Shown piece by piece: positions 45,713 to 64,000 of a stretch of DNA of 64,000 bases. The translations under genes were made by a program, and so were the position numbers. The stretch is taken from sequence record NC_008720.1; one strand, given 5' to 3'. Within the stretch, counting starts at the first letter, position 1, and each line of letters starts with the position of its first letter. The DNA is from Escherichia phage N4. The notes beneath the pieces were generated by a model. That model saw only the letters and a list, made by a program, of their open reading frames with translations. It was not told the DNA's origin and made no database searches.

Positions 45713-46918
45713 TTACAGCGGAGCTACAGTTTTAATAAGAGCCAGACGTTCTGGGCGTTTAACCAGAATACCGTAGTACCATTTGATGCTGGAGAAGCCA
45801 GTTTCACCATATGGGTCATTACGGTCAGCAGTTTCTTTACCAGGCATCTTAGTCATAACGGTAAATTTAAGTGATTTACCATCAGTCTGGAAGCCAATGG
45901 AGGTAAAGGAATCATCACCTACTACCAGCATTGGGTAAACGTCATAGTGCTCTTGGCCAGATACCATAGAGGTACGGTAACCAGGGTTAGCTCCAGTAGC
46001 CTGTGCACCAGCACCTGCCCAGTGCAGCATCTCTGGAACCTGAATGATACGGAACTTATCAATAGAACCGACTTCACCATTCATGATAGTACCTGCATCA
46101 GCATAGTGCTGAGTTTCGATAAAGGCTTTATTACCGAACAGGTCTTTCATTGCTTTCAGTTCTGGAACCAGTTCAGAACCTACATACATAACACGAGTAG
46201 CACCGATGACTTTAGTATCAATCATACGGGAACCAGTGATGATGGTAGTCTGAGTAGGAGTACGGTTCTCCGTCAGAATCTGGTCAAGACGCATCAGGTT
46301 CTTATAAGAAACAACAGACGGGGTAGAACCTTCACCAGTGATGGTGGCATCAGAAGTAGCAGCACCAGCATACAGAACAGTACCGGCAGCAGCCAGCAGG
46401 TCTTTTTGCAGTACAGCTTCAGTAATCTGAGTAGCACCATTCATCAGTTCACGGGACAGATGTTCCATCAGGCCATCATCAGAATCGAAGTCAATTGATT
46501 CCTGAGTGAACTCATAGAAGAAGCCAAACTTGTGAATAGAACCTTCACGAGCAATACGAGTAAAACCAACACGGTTAACTCGACCACCGTTTTCAGTCAG
46601 TAGAGGCAGTTTGGAAGTAATGTTACCGATGTCTTTGCTGGAACCATACAGGTTACCGTTAACGATGGTAGCACCACTTGCATCAATACCCTGGTCATTG
46701 ATGTTACGGTCATCCAGCAGAGGAACATATTCATACACCTTGATGGTCTTACCGTAATGCTTCGGCATGTTAGTTACAGAGGCCAGTGGCATGAAGTACT
46801 GCTCTTTACGGGCAGTGATGATTGCTTTCTTCAGCCAGAAGAAGGTTTGCATCTGGTCAGAGTTAGCACCATCAATACTAGATTTCTGACCGTCAGTAGG
46901 AGCGTTATAGTTCAACAT
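45713..46918 (-). CDS. Major capsid protein (N4 gp56-like)
   Basis: 401 aa; ATG 46918 with SD AAGGAA. Assigned by size, strong RBS and position downstream of a scaffold-like gene and portal; HK97 fold not verifiable by eye. Confidence 0.7.
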
Positions 46919-46929
46919 GTCTCAATTCC

Positions 46930-48147
46930 TTATAGGCCGTTCAGCCGAGGTAGTTTCATAAAGTCCTCGTCACTCATTGCAAGAGGATTAACAAGGACTT
47001 CTGTCTTACGCGGTGTAACCCGTGATGGGGATGCCGCTGCTGCCTGTTGAGTATTAGTGATTTCAGACTTAGGCGTTGCAACACGAGTTGCTACTGGCTG
47101 AACCACTGGCTTAGGTTGTTCAACAGGTTTCTGCTTAATCAAATCGTTAAAACCACCATTAGCAGCAAGGTAGTTACCGACTTGATTATAAGCATCCAGG
47201 AATGCTGTACCGATTGGGATTTGGCCTAAGATTTTGAGTCGTTCAATTTCAGAAACAATACGGTCGTAAATACCGTTAGCTTTCTGTTCAACGATGGTAT
47301 TAACCAGACCACGGTTTTCCAGCAATGCCTGTTTGCTGTGGTCATCCCACGTAGTCGAAATTAACTGAAGAGTAGCTTGTCCTTCTGGAGTGGATTTAGC
47401 ATCTTCCAGTTCGGTTGCAAATGCTGCTTCAGCATCTGACACACGGTGATTACCAGCTTGGTATTTAACTTCCTCTTCTGGATTAATATCCAGAACATCA
47501 ATACCAGATTCTTTAATCAACTTCTTAATAGCATCAGGATTCCCTTTAACTAAGTCGATAGCATAAGAGAGTTGCCCTTCATCTAATAATCCGTTGTTTT
47601 CTAACATCAGGAGATACTTACGATACGGCTGAATCTCCTGCATTTTACGGGTATAGTTAGCTCCCATTTGCATCAAGCTAATGACCTCTTCAGGACTCTG
47701 AGGAGTAATCATTTTGCCGTTAGCTTTAAACGGAGCCATTATCCGTTCATAACCAGCCTTATAGTCGAAGTCAGTTTTCTGGTCTGATACCTGCTTGTCT
47801 TCTTCTACTTTTGCTTGGCCTTGCTCAGTAGTAGAAGATGCATTATCAGTAGCAGGCTTACTGTTGCTGTCAACCTTATTTGGGTCAACTGTAGCACTAT
47901 CATTACCAGTTGTGAATGCATCTGAATTGCTTTCTGATTCAGAAGTATTTTCTACTTCAGTTGGTTCAGTAGTTACTTCTGTTTCATCAGTTTGTTCAAC
48001 TTCAACAATTGGGTCTGGTTGTGCAGGAGTATTATTTTCTACCGGTTCCGGGTTGTTCTGAATGCTTGTTGGACCAGGCATGTTCAGAATCTCTTCATCC
48101 GACATTTTAAAAATGTCGGAAGCTGTTTTTGCAGCTTCCGTAGTCAT
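46930..48147 (-). CDS. Putative scaffolding protein (N4 gp57 position), 405 aa
   Basis: ATG 48147 with SD GGAG; highly acidic low-complexity N-terminal third (Glu/Thr/Ser/Asp-rich); immediately upstream of the capsid gene. Confidence 0.4.
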   Translation of the reverse strand: MTTEAAKTASDIFKMSDEEILNMPGPTSIQNNPEPVENNTPAQPDPIVEVEQTDETEVTTEPTEVENTSESESNSDAFTTGNDSATVDPNKVDSNSKPATDNASSTTEQGQAKVEEDKQVSDQKTDFDYKAGYERIMAPFKANGKMITPQSPEEVISLMQMGANYTRKMQEIQPYRKYLLMLENNGLLDEGQLSYAIDLVKGNPDAIKKLIKESGIDVLDINPEEEVKYQAGNHRVSDAEAAFATELEDAKSTPEGQATLQLISTTWDDHSKQALLENRGLVNTIVEQKANGIYDRIVSEIERLKILGQIPIGTAFLDAYNQVGNYLAANGGFNDLIKQKPVEQPKPVVQPVATRVATPKSEITNTQQAAAASPSRVTPRKTEVLVNPLAMSDEDFMKLPRLNGL

Positions 48148-48172
48148 GGGAGTATCTCCGAGTTAGGATTAA

Positions 48173-48520
48173 TTAAACTTCTTCAGGTTCACCACGAGCA
48201 ACATCCAATGCATTCTCAATATCTGATTGGACACCTACCAGTGTTTCTGCTTTCTGAAGAGTAATTTCCAGATAACGTTTTAAACAACCAGCAGCTTGAG
48301 CCATAGCAAGAGCATCAGCACGTTGACGGTCTTCAAGCAATGGGTCACAGGATTCTTGTACATAACGAGCACAGTCTACAGTACAGAATTGCTCAAGAAT
48401 TACTTTACGGAAAAGGGAATTACCCATCAGCTTACGAACATCTTCTGCATAAGCACGGGCAGCTTTAATACCCTTCAGTTGGTGTTCCAGTCCTTCAATT
48501 TCTTTTTCTTTGCTGTACAT
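48173..48520 (-). CDS. Hypothetical protein (115 aa)
   Basis: ATG 48520; between portal and scaffold-like genes. Confidence 0.45.
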   Translation of the reverse strand: MYSKEKEIEGLEHQLKGIKAARAYAEDVRKLMGNSLFRKVILEQFCTVDCARYVQESCDPLLEDRQRADALAMAQAAGCLKRYLEITLQKAETLVGVQSDIENALDVARGEPEEV

Positions 48521-48522
48521 AA

Positions 48523-51306
<2,784 letters not shown>

Positions 51307-51326
<20 letters not shown>

Positions 51327-51933
51327 TACACCTCTCCAGAGGGACATTACCAATACGGTTAGCAATCCATCCTGTAGTGTACTCAGGCATATTAAGAGAT
51401 AAATAGTAGTTTAACTGTTTACCATCCAGAGACTTCAAAATGAGCTTACAGGCTTCTACTTTGCCTCGTTTATTCTGAAGGCTCTTATATGCACTTAGAG
51501 TTCCAGAACCGACTTTACCATCAACTTGTATTTTAGGGTAGTCTTTGCCATTTCTGGAGAAAGCATTAAGAGATTCTTGTAACCAACGAGATGGTCTTGC
51601 AGGTCCAGTATTAACACCAGCATCTACTAGTTTTTCTGTTACCGCTGGTGATACATCTGCAAACTTAACAAAGCCAGGCTTCAAGATGTAATCGTTGTAA
51701 TAAATACTTGATGCCATTTCCTGAGTTAAATTCTTCATTGAACCATCCCAGTTATACATCGACTCTAGTTCTTGCTTATGCTTTTGAGCAACCTGAATAG
51801 TTACACCATGATTAGTTTCACCTCCTGGGTCTTTGGGGTCATTAACGTATCCACCCTCAACAGCAAATACAGCAGCAATGATTGCTGCAATAACTCCCCC
51901 AACACCACCAACTTTCTTCTTACTTATTGCCAC
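51307..51933 (-). CDS. Endolysin, GH108-family N-acetylmuramidase with N-terminal signal-anchor (SAR-like)
   Basis: GTG start at 51933 with strong SD AAGGAGG. N-terminal hydrophobic VGGVGGVIAAIIAAVFAV, then GH108 signature EGGYVNDPKDPGGETNHGVT (about nt 51808-51861). Confidence 0.75.
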
Positions 51934-52153
51934 ACCAATCCTCCTTTGGTTTCAAACGAACCAGTCGGCAAATAATATTCAGCACAAAGAGCGCTATAGC
52001 AATGTTATTGCCATGTGGAATATCTTTGAGGATATGTTGGGGTAATGCAGAGAAAGAACTGGATAAGACATCCACACAAGAGAAGAACAATATTGCTAAT
52101 GTGCTAATCTGAATAGATGCCCATTTCCAACAACGTTTCCAATTAGGAACCAT
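51920..52153 (-). CDS. Candidate holin (77 aa, two TM helices)
   Basis: Track ORF 51920-52249; internal ATG 52153 chosen to avoid overlap with the upstream gene. Hydrophobic ISTLAILFFSCVDVL and IAIALFVLNIICRLV; basic C-terminus; directly upstream of the endolysin. Weak RBS. Confidence 0.35.
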   Translation of the reverse strand: MVPNWKRCWKWASIQISTLAILFFSCVDVLSSSFSALPQHILKDIPHGNNIAIALFVLNIICRLVRLKPKEDWCGNK

Positions 52154-52167
52154 TTCCACATGTTTGG

Positions 52168-52500
52168 TTAACTTGCGAACCATGCAAAAATCTCCCGTCT
52201 GGCAGCAGCCAGTATACCAATAATGATACCTGCTCCAGCCCATACCCATTTACCAAACAATCCAGCACCAACAACTTTGTGTTTGATGGTAATGAACTCT
52301 TCAATAGTAGGGGCAGACTCAGCCAGAGACTTTTCTACATTCTCTAGTCGAGTGTCCATCTTATTAATAGACAGTTGAAGGTTACGTACAGCATCATCTA
52401 AATCTTGCCGAGATTTAGCATCACGGGCATTATTTTCGAAGAGTGTCTTCATACGTTCCTCCATTCGAGCTAGGAGCACCTCTACGGATTCATGACTCAT
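52168..52500 (-). CDS. Membrane-anchored coiled-coil protein (110 aa), possible lysis-associated protein
   Basis: ATG 52500; charged helical N-terminus and single C-terminal TM segment (GAGLFGKWVWAGAGIIIGILAAA). Confidence 0.4.
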   Translation of the reverse strand: MSHESVEVLLARMEERMKTLFENNARDAKSRQDLDDAVRNLQLSINKMDTRLENVEKSLAESAPTIEEFITIKHKVVGAGLFGKWVWAGAGIIIGILAAARREIFAWFAS

Positions 52501-52603
52501 GCTAAATCCTTATTGAAAAAGCCGGGTATCCCCGGCTCTGTTAGTCCTAATGAACAGAGAGTGTGTTTATACACCCGTCAAATAGTACCGATATTTACTA
52601 GTA

Positions 52604-53860
<1,257 letters not shown>

Positions 53861-53889
53861 TTAATACCCCCATTGCTGGGGGTTCCTTG

Positions 53890-60463
<6,574 letters not shown>

Positions 60464-62056
60464 TCACACGATATATGAAGAGAGTGGGTTAACACTTCCA
60501 GTATCATCACCATCATCCCACAATGGGTCACCTGATGTATTAACTGGAACCATACCTGCTTGTGGTTTCCACGGGTTCAGGTAGCCAAGCATTGAAATGG
60601 TATCAATACAGTCATCCTTACCTTTAAGACCATTGATAGTGGCTAAACGAATTTGCCCCATAAAGAGTGTCATGATTGGGCTATCTTTCATCTCAGCAGG
60701 AAAATACATCTTACCAGCTTTGAACCAGGGAACCACGAGGTTAAACCTTGATAGCTTACTGGTTACAGGATGAATACCCGGTTGGCCTCCACGACTGGAT
60801 GCAAAGTTAAAGAATACATTACGGTTAAGCATTTCCTTCTGAAGAAGAGAAATAAAACCACCTTGCTGTCCAGTAGTTTCTACACCAACTTGTTGTGGTT
60901 GGTATTCCTGAACCAGACGGAATAAGTCATCAAAGTTCTTATCCATAGTTTGACGGCAAGCAATACCATCTACCCAGAACCAGTCACCGTTAGAACCATA
61001 TGCCCATACTGATATTACAGAGTAGTCAGATACCTGCTTCTCACTAGTAGCAAAGTCAGTAGTGATATAAAAGTTATAACAAGAACGCAGACGTAATAGC
61101 TGTGTACGGGAATACCATTTAATCTCTGAATCCTGAATCAAACGCTCATCTTCAGAACTGATACGTAACATCAATTCCTGATAGAAGGATGCCAGCTTAC
61201 CTGTCTTCAATGCCATCTGGTATTGGTCATTGATGTAGTCATAAGAGAAACGGTCTTCCCAAGCACCTTGAAATTCTTCTCGCGTACAGGGGAATTTCTC
61301 GCATACAGGCCATACGTTGACATCCCATGCACCAGATTCAACTGCTTCAATAAGAATATCTTCCTTATTAAAGGGAGTACCATTAAAGATTACCTTACGT
61401 CTTGTTGGGTCAAGAGCATGGTTCACGCCCTTATATACTGTGTCTTTAATAGCTTCCATTGATGTGCGTGAGCGAGCATCATCATCACTAACTAAGTCAT
61501 CCAGTACGCAAAGAACGGGACGTTTACCAAAAATCTTAGTACCACGAAGACCTGTCTTAGCACCAAACATCTTCACACCAAGACGGTGACCTTCAGCATT
61601 TACAAACTCAAGGTAGTTATCCGTGAAGGTAGCTTTAGGAATCCATTGTTGCAGAAATGGTGAATTGTTGTATCGAAACTCAATGTTCTTACGGGCAGAC
61701 TTAACACCGTTATCCATAGAGTCAGATACATAAATCATTCCCTCTACTTTACCCAAGCTAGGTAGATGCCCAAACACTGCTAAGAACAAAGTAAAGTATT
61801 CCATGAACAAAGTTGTCTTTGCTGCGCCACGGAAACATAAGTTAGCAATGTACTGGTTCTTACTGGTTATCTTATCCAGCATCTTTAAGTGAACAGGAGG
61901 GGTTTTGTTTGATTCCCCCTCCTTACCATTAACCAGCTTAATAAAGTTAGCAAAGGTCAGTGCAAACTCGGTTGGTATATACGTAGGGGTATTCAGAACG
62001 GAATAGTCCACTTGGTCTAGCCATTCATCCAACTCCTGTTTAATTAGTTCAGACAT
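60464..62056 (-). CDS. Terminase large subunit
   Basis: Track ORF 60464-62098; start moved to ATG 62056 (SD GAGGA 7 nt upstream; ATGTCTGA overlap with the upstream stop). Walker A-like CFRGAAKTT (about nt 61810-61845); 530 aa. Confidence 0.8.
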   Translation of the reverse strand: MSELIKQELDEWLDQVDYSVLNTPTYIPTEFALTFANFIKLVNGKEGESNKTPPVHLKMLDKITSKNQYIANLCFRGAAKTTLFMEYFTLFLAVFGHLPSLGKVEGMIYVSDSMDNGVKSARKNIEFRYNNSPFLQQWIPKATFTDNYLEFVNAEGHRLGVKMFGAKTGLRGTKIFGKRPVLCVLDDLVSDDDARSRTSMEAIKDTVYKGVNHALDPTRRKVIFNGTPFNKEDILIEAVESGAWDVNVWPVCEKFPCTREEFQGAWEDRFSYDYINDQYQMALKTGKLASFYQELMLRISSEDERLIQDSEIKWYSRTQLLRLRSCYNFYITTDFATSEKQVSDYSVISVWAYGSNGDWFWVDGIACRQTMDKNFDDLFRLVQEYQPQQVGVETTGQQGGFISLLQKEMLNRNVFFNFASSRGGQPGIHPVTSKLSRFNLVVPWFKAGKMYFPAEMKDSPIMTLFMGQIRLATINGLKGKDDCIDTISMLGYLNPWKPQAGMVPVNTSGDPLWDDGDDTGSVNPLSSYIV

Positions 62057-62741
62057 CAATAATATCCTCGTCTTCTCGAACCAGTGTGGAACCTGCAATT
62101 ACTTTAGTAGGTGTACCAGCTTCAATAGCTGCTTTCTGAGCTTCAGCCAACTGGGTTAGTGTGTTCTTAAGTTCAGTCAATCCAGAATTTTCTCTCAAAT
62201 CCAGATTGATATTAGTAACAGCATCCTTCGGTTTCTGGAGGTGAGTAAGGATAGAGTTGGCAGCATCACACTGTACCTTCTCACTGGTAGCATTCTTCAT
62301 GAGCCATGCCTGATGGTTCAATGCTTCCTGAAACAAATCCTGATTAACAATCCATACTGGAATCAATGATTGTTCCATAATGAGGTTTACTAACTTACCT
62401 CTATGGTAAGCAGACACATAAGCAGAGATGTCCTTCTCACTGGTTCCCCTTGCTACTAATTCAGCTTGTCTGTTGGGGAATGTTTTGAAGTAAGCATCTT
62501 TATTGCTATACCCCATGTGTTTGTAAGTAACATATTGAACAGCATTAAGATAATCCTGGGTCTTAAATTTCCCATCCTTCATCACCCCAGCATAAGTCAC
62601 AAAGTTATTTCTAATTTGCTCTGCTGCTGTCTGGTCTTGGGTCACATTGTTAATCATGTCTACCAGTTGGTCAGTAACACTGCTTTTAAACTGGGGAGGC
62701 AATGCAGAAACAATGTCTTTCTTAGTCAGTAGTGTGCTCAT
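62049..62741 (-). CDS. First late-operon gene; possible terminase small subunit (230 aa)
   Basis: ATG 62741 with SD AGGAAG; directly upstream of and coupled to the large terminase gene. Function inferred from position only. Confidence 0.4.
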   Translation of the reverse strand: MSTLLTKKDIVSALPPQFKSSVTDQLVDMINNVTQDQTAAEQIRNNFVTYAGVMKDGKFKTQDYLNAVQYVTYKHMGYSNKDAYFKTFPNRQAELVARGTSEKDISAYVSAYHRGKLVNLIMEQSLIPVWIVNQDLFQEALNHQAWLMKNATSEKVQCDAANSILTHLQKPKDAVTNINLDLRENSGLTELKNTLTQLAEAQKAAIEAGTPTKVIAGSTLVREDEDIIDV

Positions 62742-62868
62742 AGTCTTCCTACAAATTATCTAGAGTGAAGAGGATTCTTTTCTTGGGGTTAGCACCCCTT
62801 GCAGAAACCTATACATAGATTTAGACTTTAGACTTTCTTTAGTCTCCTTACAATAGTAAGACAGAGAC

Positions 62869-63210
62869 ATGGGGAGCCTATTGCCCAAAGGAACCAGTAA
62901 CATGAGACTATTCTATAGTTTTGACGGTAATGACCAATGGAATGAGATAGACTTCAGTAAGATAGGTGGAGCTATCCCAGTTGGAGGGGCTATACCAGGT
63001 GACCATATCTTATGTCACGATGAGGAGTCTTTCCATTACATCTCAGGCATGATGTTAATCAATAACGTCACTGGATTTACTGTCCATAAACCTGCACCAG
63101 TGCGTGTCATTACCAAGCCTATCGAGGGTCTTGCATTCTTTACAAGAATACCTCAAAGTATCTCTATCAAACGACAGCGTGACGCCATCGAGATAACCGT
63201 GGTTGCTTGA
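62869..63210 (+). CDS. Hypothetical protein (113 aa)
   Basis: ATG 62869 on the opposite strand from the late operon (divergent intergenic region 62742-62868); weak RBS. Confidence 0.4.
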   Translation: MGSLLPKGTSNMRLFYSFDGNDQWNEIDFSKIGGAIPVGGAIPGDHILCHDEESFHYISGMMLINNVTGFTVHKPAPVRVITKPIEGLAFFTRIPQSISIKRQRDAIEITVVA

Positions 63211-63373
63211 TAAGCCATTGCCCGCCCAGGAGTTGGTGGCGGGAAACAGGGAACTGTTTGAATAACCACTTCAGCTACATTCACCCATCTCCAAGACGCC
63301 TTTGTTATCTGCCATTGGGTGATGAGTAGTATCAGAGAGAACTGATTTAACAAACACACTCGGTATAGGAATT

Positions 63374-63396
63374 GGGAGCCAAATGGCTCCCTTTTT
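63374..63396 (+). terminator. Rho-independent terminator
   Basis: GGGAGCC-aaat-GGCTCCC followed by TTTTTCTTTT. Confidence 0.55.
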
Positions 63397-63420
63397 CTTT
63401 TATGAACCAAGGAGTTCTAT

Positions 63421-63786
63421 ATGAATATTCGTCCTAATGAAATCTATGGTATCAACCTAGAATACACTACAAACAAACCTGCTCTATTTCACTGTGGTTC
63501 CACCAATCTATTCCATGCTATGTGTGGTAATACCAAACCTCTTTACTTACCCGAATCGGATGATACCCATGCTCTACTAGGTAACTGGTTCTTAGAAGGT
63601 AAAGACATTAGTACCATTCTTCTTGAACCAAGGAAGAAAGTAGCAATACCTACTAATGCATGGAATAACGAAGTCATTTACTTCCTAGCACCAAAAGGCT
63701 TTGAACCAGTGATAGAACAGAATCACTTTAATCATGCAGTTACTTTCTACTTCAGAGAGACTTCAAAGATACCTGCTTATAAATAA
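63421..63786 (+). CDS. Hypothetical protein (121 aa)
   Basis: Strong SD AAGGAG before ATG 63421. Confidence 0.5.
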   Translation: MNIRPNEIYGINLEYTTNKPALFHCGSTNLFHAMCGNTKPLYLPESDDTHALLGNWFLEGKDISTILLEPRKKVAIPTNAWNNEVIYFLAPKGFEPVIEQNHFNHAVTFYFRETSKIPAYK

Positions 63787-64000
63787 GGAAAGCTATGTGG
63801 TATATAACAGTTAAAGGTTTATCCGAACCAGTGATGATAGATAGCCTGGCCTTCGTAGAAGTAGGTCATCCTATTCTTATAGAAGGTAAGTTGTATGAAG
63901 TTGTTAGTATTTATAAGAGATAAATAGGAAGTCTATTAGATAGATACCCTATAATTTTTTCTTAGTGAAAATAGTCATAGTTACTTGTGAGTTCAGTATT

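Noticed and set aside
45947-48264. Plus-strand ORFs within the capsid and scaffold genes (45947-46498, 46757-47050, 47795-48061, 47992-48264)
   Set aside because: Antisense to well-supported late genes with strong RBSs; Ser/Thr/Cys-rich compositions typical of reverse-strand artefacts.
51920-52249. Full-length 109-aa version of the holin candidate starting at 52249
   Set aside because: Its first 32 codons overlap the 3' end of the upstream gene out of frame and are Trp/Cys-rich without start context; shortened to ATG 52153, though even that start has a weak RBS.

Overview
The window reads as about 64 kb of an N4-like podovirus genome (Schitoviridae), collinear with coliphage N4 as I recall it. 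All calls are from reading the sequence and the ORF track by eye; no searches were run. Layout: (1) nt 1-28332, plus strand: the 3' end of a T7-like RNA polymerase II subunit, then an Ig-domain protein, an SPFH lipoprotein, an HNH endonuclease, a MoxR-type AAA+ ATPase with a vWA/HExxH partner, a dCTP-deaminase-family protein, ThyX, rIIA/rIIB-like proteins, a Dda-like helicase, a family A DNA polymerase, a nuclease, a primase-like protein, a RecA-like ATPase, SSB and a RuvC-like resolvase. (2) nt 26298-27456: four intact tRNAs (Asn-GTT, Ser-TGA, Thr-TGT, Pro-TGG) interleaved with three long inverted repeats and two orphan tRNA 3' fragments, followed by a 370-nt ORF-free stretch. (3) nt 28370-62741, minus strand: the late module, starting with a 3,500-aa virion RNA polymerase and running through virion proteins, major capsid, portal, a nested lysis cassette (Rz with embedded Rz1, SAR-type GH108 endolysin, holin candidate), tail proteins and large terminase. 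(4) nt 62869-64000, plus strand: small right-end genes. Many ORF-track starts were moved to internal ATG/GTG codons with Shine-Dalgarno support. I see no CRISPR array, integrase or transposase. The most interesting candidates are the structured tRNA region and a DUF2829/Tad2-like two-gene module beside the convergence point; most of the rest is conserved N4-type biology rather than a new system.
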